Source of the DNA: Centroscyllium fabricii
Taxonomy: Eukaryota
DNA length: 64,000 nucleotides
NCBI GenBank assembly: GCA_051313645.2
Contig: JBNRSN020000001.1
Coordinates: 83,142,001-83,206,000, forward strand
Direction: 5' to 3'
The notes beneath the pieces are model-generated. The model had not been told where the DNA came from and did not search any database. It was given only the letters and a program-made list of their open reading frames with translations. The translations under genes were made by a program, and so were the position numbers. Numbering within the stretch: the first letter of the stretch is position 1; each line of letters opens with the position of its first letter. Positions 50,196 to 61,173 of the stretch are shown one piece after another.

Positions 50196-52598
50196 TCCTA
50201 ACCCGGGATCAGGCCATCTTAGACTGGGTATTGTGCAATGAGAAGGGACTAATTGGCAATCTTGTTGTACGAGGCCCCTTGGGTTGGAGCGATCATAATA
50301 TGATCGAATTTTCACTTGAGATGGAGAGTGAAGAAATTGACTCAGAGACTAAGGTCCTGAATTTAAATAAAGGGAATTATGATGGTATGAGAAGGGAATT
50401 AAGTAAGATTGATTGGGCAGTGTTTCTGGGGGGATTGACAGTGGATAGACAATGGCAAGCATTCAAAGATAGAATGGAAGAATTACAGAACTTGTTTATA
50501 CCGGTTTGGCATAAAAATAAACCTAAAAAGGTGACTCAGCCGTGGATAACAAGGGAAATTAGGGACAACATAAAATCCAAAAAAAGGACATATCAATTGG
50601 CCAATAAAAGCACCAGACCTGAAGATTGGGAGCAGTTCAGGATACAGCAAAGGAGGACAAAGGGGTTAATCAGGAGGGGGAAAATAGATTACGAAAGTAA
50701 GCGTGTGGCAAACATAAAAACCGACTGCAAAAGCTTTTATAGGTATATCAGGAGGAAGAGATTGGTAAAATCCCTTCAGGGGAATATATAATGGGGAATA
50801 AGGAAATGGCAGACCAATTAAATTCATATTTTGGTTCTGTCTTCACAAAGGAGGTCACAAATAACCTCCCTGGGATATCGGGAAACACAGGGACTAATGC
50901 AAGGGAGGAGCTGACAGAAATCAGTATTTCTAAGGATATGGTGTTGGGGAAGTTGAAGGGATTGAAGGCCGACAAATCCCCAGGGCCTGATAATCTACAT
51001 CCTAGGCTACTTAAGGAGGTGGCCCTGGAGATAGTAGATGCTTTAAGGATCATTTTCCGGAACTCGATAGACTCGGGAACAGTACCCATGGATTGGAGGG
51101 TAGCTAATGTTACCCCACTATTTAAAAAGGGGGGTAGAGAAATAGCAGGGAATTATAGACCAGTAAGCCTTACATCAGTAGTGGGCAAAATGCTAGAGTC
51201 CATTATTAAGGATGTAATAGCGGAGCACTTGACAAATAGGGACGGCATCGGACAGAGTCAACATGGATTTACAAAAGGTAAATCGTGCTTGACTAATCTA
51301 TTGGAATTCTTTGAGGAAGTAACTGGTAAAATAGATGGGGGAGAGCCAGTAGATGTGGTGTACCTTGACTTCCAGAAAGCCTTCGATAAGGTCCCACATA
51401 AAAGATTAGCATGCAAAATTAAGGCTCATGGGATTGGGGGCAAAGTATTGATGTGGATAGAGAACTGGCTGGCAGATAGAAAACAGAGAGTTGGAATAAA
51501 CGGCTCATTTTCTGCATGGCAGGCTGTGACTAGTGGGGTGCCGCAGGGATCTGTACTGGGACCCCAGCTGTTCACAATATATATTAATGATCTGGACCAG
51601 GGAATTGGATGCAACATCTCCAAATTTGCAGACGACACTAAACTAGGAGGGGGGTGGGGGGGGTGGGCTCTGAAGAGGATGTCAGGAAGCTGCAGTGCGA
51701 TTTGGACAAGTTGGGGGAATGGGCGGATACATGGCAAATGCACTATAATGTGGATAAATGTGAGGTTATCCACTTTGGGGGCAAAAACAGGAGGGCAGAT
51801 TATTATTTAAATGGCAATAGATTGGGAGATGGGGAAGTGCAGAGAGACCTGGGTGTTCTTGTGCACCAGTCACTGAGGGCGAGCATGCAGGTGCAACAGG
51901 CGGTTAAGAAGGCAAATGGTATGTTGGCCTTCATATCAAGAGGGTTCGAGTATAGGAATAAGGATACCTTACTACAGCTGTACAAGGCACTGGTGAGACC
52001 ACACCTTGAGTATTGTGTACAGTTTTGGTCGCCTCATCTGAGGAAGGATGTTCTTGCCATGGAAGGAGTGCAGCGGCGATTCACCAGGATGATACCTGGA
52101 ATGGCAGGAATGACCCACGAAGAGAGATTGTGTAGTTTGGGATTGTACTCGCTGGAGTTTAGAAGATTGAGAGGGGATCTCATCGAAACATATAAAATTC
52201 TGACAGGCCTGGACAGGTTAGATTCAGAAAGAATGTTTCCAATGGCAGGTGAGTCCAGAACCAGGAGCCACAGTCTAAGGATAAGGGGTAAACCATTTAG
52301 GACAGATATGAGGAAGAATTGCTTCACCCAGAGAGTGGTGAGCCTGTGGAATTCCTTGCCACAGAGGGCAGTGGAGGCCAGTTCATCAAATATATTTAAG
52401 AGGGAATTGGATATATTTCTTCAGGTTAAAGGGATTAAGGGTTACGGAGAGAAGGCGGGGACGGGGTACTGAACTTGAAAGATCAGCCACGATCTCAGCC
52501 AAAGATCAGCCATGATCTCATTGAATGGCGGAGCAGGCTCGAAGGGCCGAATGGCCTACTCCTGCTCCTATCTTCTATGTTTCTATGTCTATGTTTCT
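50196..52598 (+). mobile_element. 5'-truncated CR1 LINE (HER1-like), relatively young; ORF2 with end of APE endonuclease and RT, frameshifted
   Basis: LDWVL..SDHNMI; [10 protein letters not shown]; NYRPVSLTS; [13 protein letters not shown]; [11 protein letters not shown]; FADD. Frameshifts near 50770 and in the G-run near 51655. Tail (ttctatgt)n. Confidence 0.93.
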
Positions 52599-53035
52599 AA
52601 ATCATTAATATAAATTATGAATAACAGTGGTCCCAGCACTGATCCTAGTGGAACACCGTGATCTACCTTCCTCCAGTATGAATAACTATCCTTTAACCCT
52701 ATTCTCTGCTTTCTAGTTTTTTTAGCCAATTTGCTATCCATTCAGCTATTAGTTCCCTGACTCCACATACCCTAACCTTAGTCATGAGCCGACCATGTGG
52801 TGCCTTAGCGAAAGCCTTTTGAAAATCCAAGTATATGGCATCTACTGCATTACCCTTGTCTACTCTTTCCATTACCTCTTCAAAGTATTCTGTCAGGTTA
52901 GTTAAACATGATTTAGCCTTTTGGAATCCATGATAACTATTTTTTATTATATTTTCTGTCTCCAGATGCTCTTTGATCACTTCTTTTAGTATAGATTCCA
53001 GCATCTTTCCTATCACTGATGTTAAACTGACTGAC

Positions 53036-53443
53036 CGATTTCAAAATACTCATCCTTGTTTTCAAATCCCTCCATGGCCTCGCCCCTCCCGATCTCTGTA
53101 ATTTCCTTCAGCCCTGCAGCCCCCCCGAGATATCTGCGCTCCTCTAATTCTGCCCTCTTGAGCATCCCTGATTATAATCGCCCAACCACTGGTGGCCGTG
53201 CCTTCTGTTGCCTGGGCCCTAAGCTCTGGAATTCCCTCCCTAAACCTCTCCACCTCGCTACCTCTCTCTCCTCCTTTAAGACGCTCCTTAAAACCGATCT
53301 CTTTGACCAAGCTTTTGGTCACCTGCCCTAATTTATCCTTATGTGGCTTGGTGTCAATTATTTTGTCTTATAACACTCCTGTGCAACACATTGGGACATT
53401 TTACTACATTAAAGGTGCTATATAAATACAAGATGTTGTTGTT
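53036..53443 (+). mobile_element. L2 LINE 3' end
   Basis: LRSSNSALL...GGRAFCCLGPKLWNSLPKPL...SSFKTLLKTDLF. Tail aggtgctatataaatacaagatg(ttg)n. Confidence 0.85.
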
Positions 53444-54085
53444 GGTCTATAGTTCCCAGGTTTTGTTCTATCTCCTTGTTTTCATATAGGAAGAATTTTA
53501 GCTGTCTGTCAATCCTCTGGCACCAATCCCTCTTCTATGGAACTTATATATATATAAACTATTGCCTCTGCCATCTCCTCCCTCATTTCCTTGAGTATGT
53601 GTGGGTGCATACCATCCAAACCTGAGGTTTTATCCTCATTTAGTTTTGCTAGTTAGTCAATATTTTCTCCCTTTCCATCCCGACTGTATTAATATTCCTT
53701 TCAGCTCAGCCTCTAGTGAAGTGTTTATTTCACGATTTTCTTAAATGAAAACGGAGGCAAAGTAGTTATTCAATGCTTCTGCCATTTCTCGGTCATTACC
53801 TGCGAGTTTATCTTGGTCATCCTTTAGTAGCCCTATCCCTACTTCAATTTTCCTTTTGTTATTTTTGTGCTTATAGAACATTTTAATTGTTTCTTTTTAT
53901 ATTCCTTGATGATTTGATTTTATAGTTTCTCTTTACCTTCCTGATAGATTTTTAACTTCTCTCCCAAGTTCATTGTATTCCCCTGTGTCCTCCTCTCCTT
54001 TAGTATCTAAGTACTTCTTATATGTCTTCCTGTTTAGCTTCAATTTTCCCTTTAGTTCTTTATTCATCCACAGTGCCCCATAATT

Positions 54086-54760
54086 AGGTATTTGACGCCG
54101 AGATGCGCTTCCGACCATATATCCGTGCTATCATGAAGACCGCCTATTTCCACATCCATAACATCACCCAACTCTGCCCCTGCCTCAGTTCACTGGATAC
54201 TGAAACTCTCATCCATGCCTTTGTTACGTCTTGACTTGACTTTCCCAATGCACTCCTGGCTGGCCTCCCACATTCTACCCTCCGTAAACCTGAGGTCATC
54301 CAAAACTCTGCTGTACTGTCATAACTCGCACCAACTCCCGTTCGCCCATCAGCCCTGTGCTTGCTGATCTAATTTGGCTCCTGGTTAAGCAACAATTTTA
54401 AAATTCTCATCCTTGTTTTCAAATTCCTCCATAGCCTCGCTCCTCCCTATCCCTGTAACCTCCACCAGCCCCACAACCCGCTCGAGATATCTGCGCTCCT
54501 CTAATCGCTCCACCATTGGTGGCTGTGCCTTCAGCTGCCTGGGCCCTAAGCTCTGGAATTCCCTCCCTAAACCTCTCCACCTCGCTCTCCTCCTTTAAGA
54601 CACATCTTCAAACCGACCTCTTTGACCAAGCTTTAGTCATCTACCCTAATACCTCCATATGTGGCTCGGTGTCAAATTTTGTTTGATAACTCTCCTGTGA
54701 AGCATCTTGGGATGTTTTACTACATTAAAGGCACTATATAAATACAAGATGTTGTTATTG
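54086..54760 (+). mobile_element. L2 LINE 3' end (second copy)
   Basis: Highly similar to 53036-53443, with additional upstream ORF2 remnants (LIHAFVTS). Confidence 0.85.
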
Positions 54761-55684
54761 AGGCAGATTTCACTTCCCTCCGGCTTCCACTTCTGAAATA
54801 GTCCAGATATGAGCAAATTCACAGTTCGAGACATTCCGATAATGTGACAAGGTGCTAAATGCAGGGATCGTTCTTCTTTCTTCAGATGTACTTGAAATGA
54901 AGAGTAGAAAGCCTTTCCAAAAACTAGGCTTTATTAACTTTAAAAACCAGCACACACATGTTGAACATCCAGTCCAAACTAAACTAAATTTAAAATGGCC
55001 ACCATTGGTCTCATGATATCGATTAACCAATAAGGTTGCAGCATACATTTCAAGGTAGGAAAACAGGCAACCAACCACAATGCTTCTTACAAAACAAGGA
55101 CAATCACCACAGTACTTAAGAAAAAATAAAATTGGGTTCAAATGAAGTGCAGTTTAAGCACCAAAAACAGAAACTTCAGCGCTGTATCCCTAGAAAATAA
55201 CACCTGACTTCCTTGTAGTTGTCACCAGGTCCAAGGCAGGTCAAGAATTGACATTAAGAAATGCCTTGCAAAACTGTAGTAGAATTTAACTCTCGTAGAC
55301 AATCTTAATTCAAAGAGAATGTACTGGGCTAATGAATGATTTAACAAATATATTTTAATTTTTTTTAATGCTACCCTGTTCGCACGAACAAGCCCACTTT
55401 AAACAGCGGGGACTGTATAGGGGAGAAAACATGGCTGCGTTAAAACGACAATGACAATTAAGCCAGTAGCAAATAAAGAGCCACAATCTTACTCCTTCTC
55501 TGACCAGCCTGCTGCCTTCCCTTTAAGGACTGTTGGTCTTGTTAAAGTTTGCCACCTGCCCCCATGGAATAATTTGGGAGACCTCGCCCTGTGTGAATGC
55601 ACTCTCCAGACAATCCCCCAGCATGGAGAATCCAGATAGAACCAGTTTGCAGAGAGTGGAGTACAGGTTTTCTATGGCATCAGT

Positions 55685-56106
55685 TACATAGAATTGCATA
55701 ACCTTACATAGAATGTACAGCACAGAAACAGGTCATATGGCCAAACTGGTCTGTGTCGGTGTTTCTGCTCCACATGCACCTTCTTCTACCCTCTTCATCT
55801 CACCCCATCAGTATATCCTTTATTCCTTTCTCCCTCATGTGTCTGTCTAGCTTCCCCTTAAATGTATCTCTGCTCTTCGCCTCAACCACTCCCTGTGGGA
55901 GCGAGTTCCACATTCTCACCACTCTCTGGGTAAAGAAGTTTCTCCTGAATTCCCCATTGGATTTATTAGAGACTGTCTTATATTGATGGCCTCTAGTTCT
56001 GGTCTCCCCCACAAGTGGAAACATCTTCTCTACGTCTACCCCATCAAACCCCTTCATAATCTTACAGACTTCGATCAGGTCACCTCTCAGCCTTCCCTTT
56101 TCTAGA
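55685..56106 (-). mobile_element. CR1 LINE 3' end
   Basis: FRRNFFTQRVVRMWNSLPQGVVEAKSRDTFKGKLD. Same subfamily as 41150-41560. Confidence 0.88.
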
Positions 56107-56494
56107 GTTGCGTTGCTCCTGCGAGATCCTATTCTACCTCCTTATGTGGGGATTAAATATCCATGTCTAAGGGATCATTAGGTGTCTGAATTTGGCTTGC
56201 ATGAACTCTCTTATACCAGTTGGTTATATATTATATTAAGATTTACACAACTAAGTGTCAATGGAAGGAAAGTCATTCGGGTGTAAAACTAAAGCCTGCT
56301 TTACACCGGCTGAAGTTGAGTGTTCCACCCAATATGTGTGCAATGTGGAGAGAGGGCGTGTGCAATGGAGATAGGCTGGGGGCAATCTAAACCTTTAACA
56401 CCCGGCCAAAAACAGGCGACGGCAAATCGACTGTCCATTTCACACCCGCCCAGATTTTCTTTTACATTGAAGTCAATGCAAATATTTCTCTCTT

Positions 56495-57140
56495 TCTTAA
56501 GCAGTCCCTCGGAACCGAGGATGACTTGCTTCCACATTAAAAATGAGTTCTCAGGTGACTGATGAGTCCAATGTGGGACCTACAGTCTCTGTCACGGGTG
56601 GGGCAGACAGTGGTTGAAGGGGCGGGTGGGTGGGGTGCTTGGGTTGACGTGCGCTCCTTGCGTTGCCTGCGCCTGGCTTCCGCTTGCTCCTGGCGAAGAG
56701 ACTCGGTGTTCGGCGCCTTCCTGGATGTTTCTCCTCCACTTTGTGCGGTCTTGGGCCAGGGATTCCCAGGTGTCGGTGGGGATGTTGCACTTTTTCAAGG
56801 AGGCTTTGAGGGTGTCCTTGAAGCATTTCCTCTGCCCATCTGGGACTCTCTTGCCGTGCCAGAGCTCCGAGTAGAGCGCTTGTTTTGGGAGTCTCGTCTC
56901 GGGCATGCGGACAGTGTGACCCGTCCATCGGAGCTGCTCGAGCGTGGTCAAAGCCTCGATGCTGGGGATGTTGGCCTGAGCGAGAACACTGACGTTGGTG
57001 CGCCTATCCTGCCAATGGATTTGCAGTATCTTGCGGAGGCAGCATTGGTGGTACCTCTTCAGTGTTTTGAGGTGCCTGCTGTACATGGTCCAGGTCTCTC
57101 AGGCATAAAGCAGGGCGGGTATCACTGCTGCTCTGTAGAC
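56495..57140 (-). mobile_element. RTE-clade LINE 3' fragment
   Basis: CLRKILQIHWQDRRTNVSVL...QLRWTGHTVRMPETRLPKQALYSEL. Same family as 43009-43450. Confidence 0.88.
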
Positions 57141-57257
57141 CATGAGCTTAGTGCCGAGAGCTGAGTGCAGAAGCGAGAGTGCGACCCACTGAGCCATGGC
57201 TGACTTAGGACAGGGGCAGCAGAGTTTTGGACGAGTTCAAGTTTAAGGAGGATGCAA

Positions 57258-57432
57258 GGTGTGTGTGAGAGTGAGTGTCTAAGAGTGTGTCTGTGAGAGT
57301 GTGAGAAAATATTCATGAGAGCATATATCGTGAAAGTGTGAGAGAGTCTGTATCCATGCGCACGAGTGCATGCATGTGTGTCTGAGAGTGTGGGAAAAAG
57401 GCAAAATGTGAATGTGTGAGAGAGTGTGCACA
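57258..57432. repeat. GT/GA-rich low-complexity tract
   Basis: Direct inspection. Confidence 0.75.
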
Positions 57433-57563
57433 CGCTCTCCCCAAATAGTGGTAATCCAAGTAAAGTGAATGTGACGGAAGACCTAGAGAAGCTAAAAGGG
57501 GGCTCAAAACAAACAAATGTCTAGGGACAGATAGATTTTAGCACAGTGTGCTGAGAGAGACTA

Positions 57564-57786
57564 GATGTGGAGGTGCCGGTGTTGGACTGGGGTGGACAAA
57601 TGCAAGAAGTCACACAACACCAGATTATAGTCCAACAGTTTTATTTTAAATCACAAGCTTTCGGAGCTTTTGCCCCTTCGTCAGTCTCTCTCTTTCACCT
57701 GACGAAGGGGCAAAAGCTCCGAAAGCTTGTGATTTAAAATAAAACTGTTGGACTATAATCTGGTGTTGTGTGACTTCTTGCATTTG
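57564..57786. mobile_element. Penelope-like fold-back (copy J), CTGACGA hammerhead variant on both strands
   Basis: ttcac-CTGACGA-aggggc-aaaa-gctcc-GAAA-gctt-gtga. TSD tgagagagactag (57552-57564 and 57785-57797). Confidence 0.9.
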
Positions 57787-58074
57787 AGAGAGACTAGGGA
57801 GGAGATTTCTGAGGCACTGACAGTCACTGAAGACTGGGGATTGGAACCAGATCAATGTGGAGTGCATATTCAAGAAAAGTGATAAAGCAGACACAGGTAA
57901 GTACAGATCGATTGGTCTTATTTCCATTCTGTGCAAGGTACTGAATTTATCACCCGGAGTAAACTTGAGGATAATCTGAGCAAGAATAGCTGAGTAAACA
58001 GCAGCCAGCATGGGAAGATCCCATCTGACCAAACATCTCCACTTTGGTGAGGAAGGACAGACTCAGGTGACGAA

Positions 58075-58452
58075 ACACACAGAAACACAGAAGATAGGAC
58101 CAGGAGTAGGCCATTCGGCCCTTCGAGCCTGCTCTGCCATTTTTGATGAGATCATGGCTGATCATCCAAACCCAGCAACCCCCTCCTACCCTCTCCCCAT
58201 ATCCCCCGACACCCCCAACTCTAAGAACTATATCTCACACACATACTCATGGGCAATTTTTAGTATCTCCAATTCACCTAACCTGCATGTCTTTGGGTGG
58301 TGGGAGGAAACCGGAGTACCCGGAGGAAACCCACACGAACACGGGGAGAACATGCAAACTCCACGCAGAGGTCCCGGGCCAAGCAGGATTCGAACCCAGG
58401 AGCTCCTTATTGCGAGGCAGCAGTGCTAACCACTGCGCCACCGTGTCGCCCT
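58075..58452 (-). mobile_element. HE1/V-SINE-like element, full length
   Basis: tRNA-like head with A box (tggcgcagtgg) and B box (ggttcgaatcc), V-domain, and CR1-type tail. Confidence 0.85.
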
Positions 58453-58479
58453 AGTGCGAAGCCCCATGATATGATGTAC

Positions 58480-59160
58480 AGAGACTTCCAAAAATTGTAC
58501 AAAATCTTGGGAATGGATAAGAAATTGTCTGAAAGGGTAGAAAACAACTATTTTTAAAAGCTCAGGATGTGGATGATGCTAGCAAAACCACAATTTGTAT
58601 TGCCTGTCCCTAGTTGACCTGAGAAAGTGATGGTGAGCCTTCTCCTATAACCGTTGGAGTCTATTGTGCTTATGGGACTGCCATGGTGGAGTTAGGTATG
58701 GACTTTCAGGACCCAGTCATGATGAAGAAACACCAGTCCATGTCAGGATGGTGTATGATTTGGAGGTGACGGTGTTCCCATGAACTTGTTGCTCATATGC
58801 TAGATGCCTGGTGGCCGGGAGGTGCTGTCGAAGTAAGCTTGGAGAGTTGCTGCAGTAAATCCTGTAAAAGAACTTGTTAGAGGAGTTATGTCGGGGTGTG
58901 GTTTGGTGGGGCAATACTGAATGTGGTGCCCCAGGGATTGGGATTGGAACCTCTACTACTATTTCTAATTTACATCAATGACTTGGATTCAGAAACTAGA
59001 TGCAAATTGGTCAAACATGCAGGTGACTATCGTAGACTGGCAGTGGAGTTGAGGGAGACAGCTCAGACATTATAGGTTGGATAGATTATGATATATAAGT
59101 GGGGAGAACAATGGCAGAATACAGGCAAGCGTAAAGCACATACGAAGGAAAACTAGGTGC
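58480..59160 (+). mobile_element. Highly degraded LINE fragments (CR1-like)
   Basis: Remnants such as atgtacagagacttccaaaa (Y.DFQK) and gtggtgccccagggattgggattggaacct (VPQG..L.P). Confidence 0.45.
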
Positions 59161-60085
59161 CAAGTATCTGAACAATTACATTTGTTTATGCATTGAGTGA
59201 CTTGGCTCCACCTTCAAGGAAACTAGCGAGTGATCAATCAAACAATAGTTGTAACAGCACATTAAGTTAACTCAGGACATGATTTCTGTGAGTTTTTAAC
59301 AGACTGTATGGGGGTGATTTTCCCAGCCCCGAGGAGGCGGGTTTGGAGGTGGGACAGTTGGTAAAATGGCAAAAACTGAGGGCGGGTTCTGAACCCGCCT
59401 CCAACCCGCGGAGGTGGGTTTGATGGGTGCGATTCGGTGCCACCTCCATCAGTCAAGAGAGGTAGTTAAGACCCTTAAATAGTCGACAAGGGCCTCTATA
59501 ATCCTATTCTGACAGGCCTTCATTATTTTGCCACATTTTCAGCGTGTTGCACGACCTTCCTAAACCACGCCAGCTGATCCTGGCGGGTTGACAAGTGGGC
59601 GGCCTCCTCACAGCTGCAGGTCCACCATTAAAATGGAGCTTTCATCAGGGGAGCGGTTGCAGGTGGAAGAACCTTTGTTCCAAAGGTGTTTCAGCACTTT
59701 TAGCAGGCCTACCGGAGTCGGAGGTGCTGCATCTTCGATCTCTCATCTGTGGGACCTCTTTGGAAGACCCTCTCCCTGCTTGGACTGAGCGCTTCCTCAA
59801 TGGAGGTATCTGCCAGCAGCATGGGAACCATTTATTTCCTTTCACCATGGACCTCAGATTCAGATGAAGAGCAGCCACGGCAGCAGCAGAACCAGGCAGC
59901 TCCGCAGCAACAGCAGTAGGAGCGCCAACCTCCTGCTCACCCACCTGATGCTCACAGGGCAGCAGGCGCCAGCGCATGGAAGCACGTCGTCCAAGGGATG
60001 CACTCATCTTGGTCGGATTTGCATAGGTTGCCCATTGTGGCACATGTGCTTGGCTCCTTCTTAACACATGATAGACAATGGACAT

Positions 60086-60281
60086 TGTGGTGTATGTAAC
60101 ATTGTATAATACAAGGTTATCATTGCGCACTACATTGTGCTGTGGCAGGACACTGCATACTGCGGTCCGCCACTACTGTATATAAGCCCGAGCGTGGACC
60201 ATGTTGAGTAAACATCACCTTTAGTTCGTACCTGTAATACTGAGTCTGTCGTTATTAATCCTCAATAGCACGGGCTTAACA
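60086..60281 (+). repeat. 5' LTR of a Gypsy element (about 196 bp)
   Basis: TGT...ACA ends, TATATAA at about 60179, AGTAAA at about 60207, immediately followed by a PBS. The second LTR is outside the window, so the left edge is inferred. Confidence 0.7.
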
Positions 60282-60282
60282 A

Positions 60283-60293
60283 TGGCGACGAGG
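60283..60293 (+). other. Primer binding site complementary to tRNA-Ser(GCU) 3' end
   Basis: TGGCGACGAGG is the reverse complement of ...CCUCGUCGCCA. Confidence 0.75.
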
Positions 60294-60477
60294 TCGGTCG
60301 AACTCATAGCTGTGTAATTGGCTACGTCAGGAAATGAAAAGATTTGATTTTAACTGAAGTCGACCATTGACCACTAAGGCACACCCTGCACTCCAGAAGA
60401 GGGAACGGCAGTGACTCGACAGCAGAGGGAACTCAGTCGGCCTACACTCCAACACTGGGAGTGGCGAGGCAACTTCA

Positions 60478-60635
60478 CTCCAGCCAACAGAAATCGACAG
60501 CAGCAGCCAGCAGAAATCGGCAGCAGCAACCATCAGAAATCGGCAGCAGCAGCCAGCAGAAATCGGCAGCAGGAGCCAGCAGAAATCGGCAGCAGCAGCC
60601 AGCAGCAATCGGCAGCAGGAGCCATCAGAATCGGG
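60478..60635. repeat. About 24-27 bp tandem repeat in the Gypsy leader
   Basis: About 6 units of (c)agccagcagaaatcggcagcagc. Confidence 0.85.
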
Positions 60636-61173
60636 TGCCCAGCTCAACAGCGGCAGGAAGGCCACGGAGCAGGACCCAGCCAGCAGAAGCATCGGACATC
60701 GGCTCGAGGTGGGGACAGAACAACGGCAAACAAAGTCACACATTGGGGTCGAACAGGAGGATCCAGGGCGACGAAGCCAGTCACCAGAAATGGTTGTCAA
60801 GGATCAAGGTTGGTCCTCCGACCAGGAGAATGCACCAGCTTGCAGGTAGAGCGCAATCCTTACTGTAACCGCAGGGGAAATCAGAGGCCCAGCGGGGGAG
60901 AGACGCGCAGAGGCGGGGAGACGCCATCTTTGAGTGGGAAAAGCGCAGGAAGAGACGCGCACAGGCGGGAAGATGCCGGAAGAGATGCGCAAAGACGGGA
61001 CTAAGTGCCGAAAGAGACGCGCAAAGGCGGGAAAAGCGGCATCTTAGCGCGGGAAGAAACCGGAAAAGAAGTGGGAAGACGGGACCAACGCCATCTTTTG
61101 GCAGGAAAAAGCCGGAAGAGACGCAGGGAGGCAGGAGAGGCCGCCATCTTGACCGCAATAAAATAAAATAAAC

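Larger units (their letters stand above)
49001..54080 (-). mobile_element. Older degraded CR1 LINE, split by a SINE3-like insert, a younger CR1 and an L2 fragment
   Basis: Collinear minus-strand pieces: 49001-49850 (3' end), 50133-50195 (ADDTKLGG), 52600-53035 (YLDFQKAF) and 53445-54080. Confidence 0.75.

Noticed and set aside
51640-51670. Programmed frameshift in CR1 ORF2
   Set aside because: It falls in an expanded G-run. Slippage mutation or sequencing error is the simpler explanation, and the copy is 5'-truncated.
58380-58452. tRNA gene
   Set aside because: The A/B boxes belong to a SINE head attached to a V-domain and CR1 tail, with no full cloverleaf.
31700-60000. Exons of neighbouring genes expected by synteny (for example CLYBL)
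   Set aside because: No peptide in the ORF track or by eye that I can match. Short exons could have been missed.
59310-60060. ORFs and GC-rich inverted segments upstream of the LTR
   Set aside because: Probably a degraded DNA-transposon-like repeat cut by the Gypsy insertion. No domain or second terminus is visible, so it was not called.
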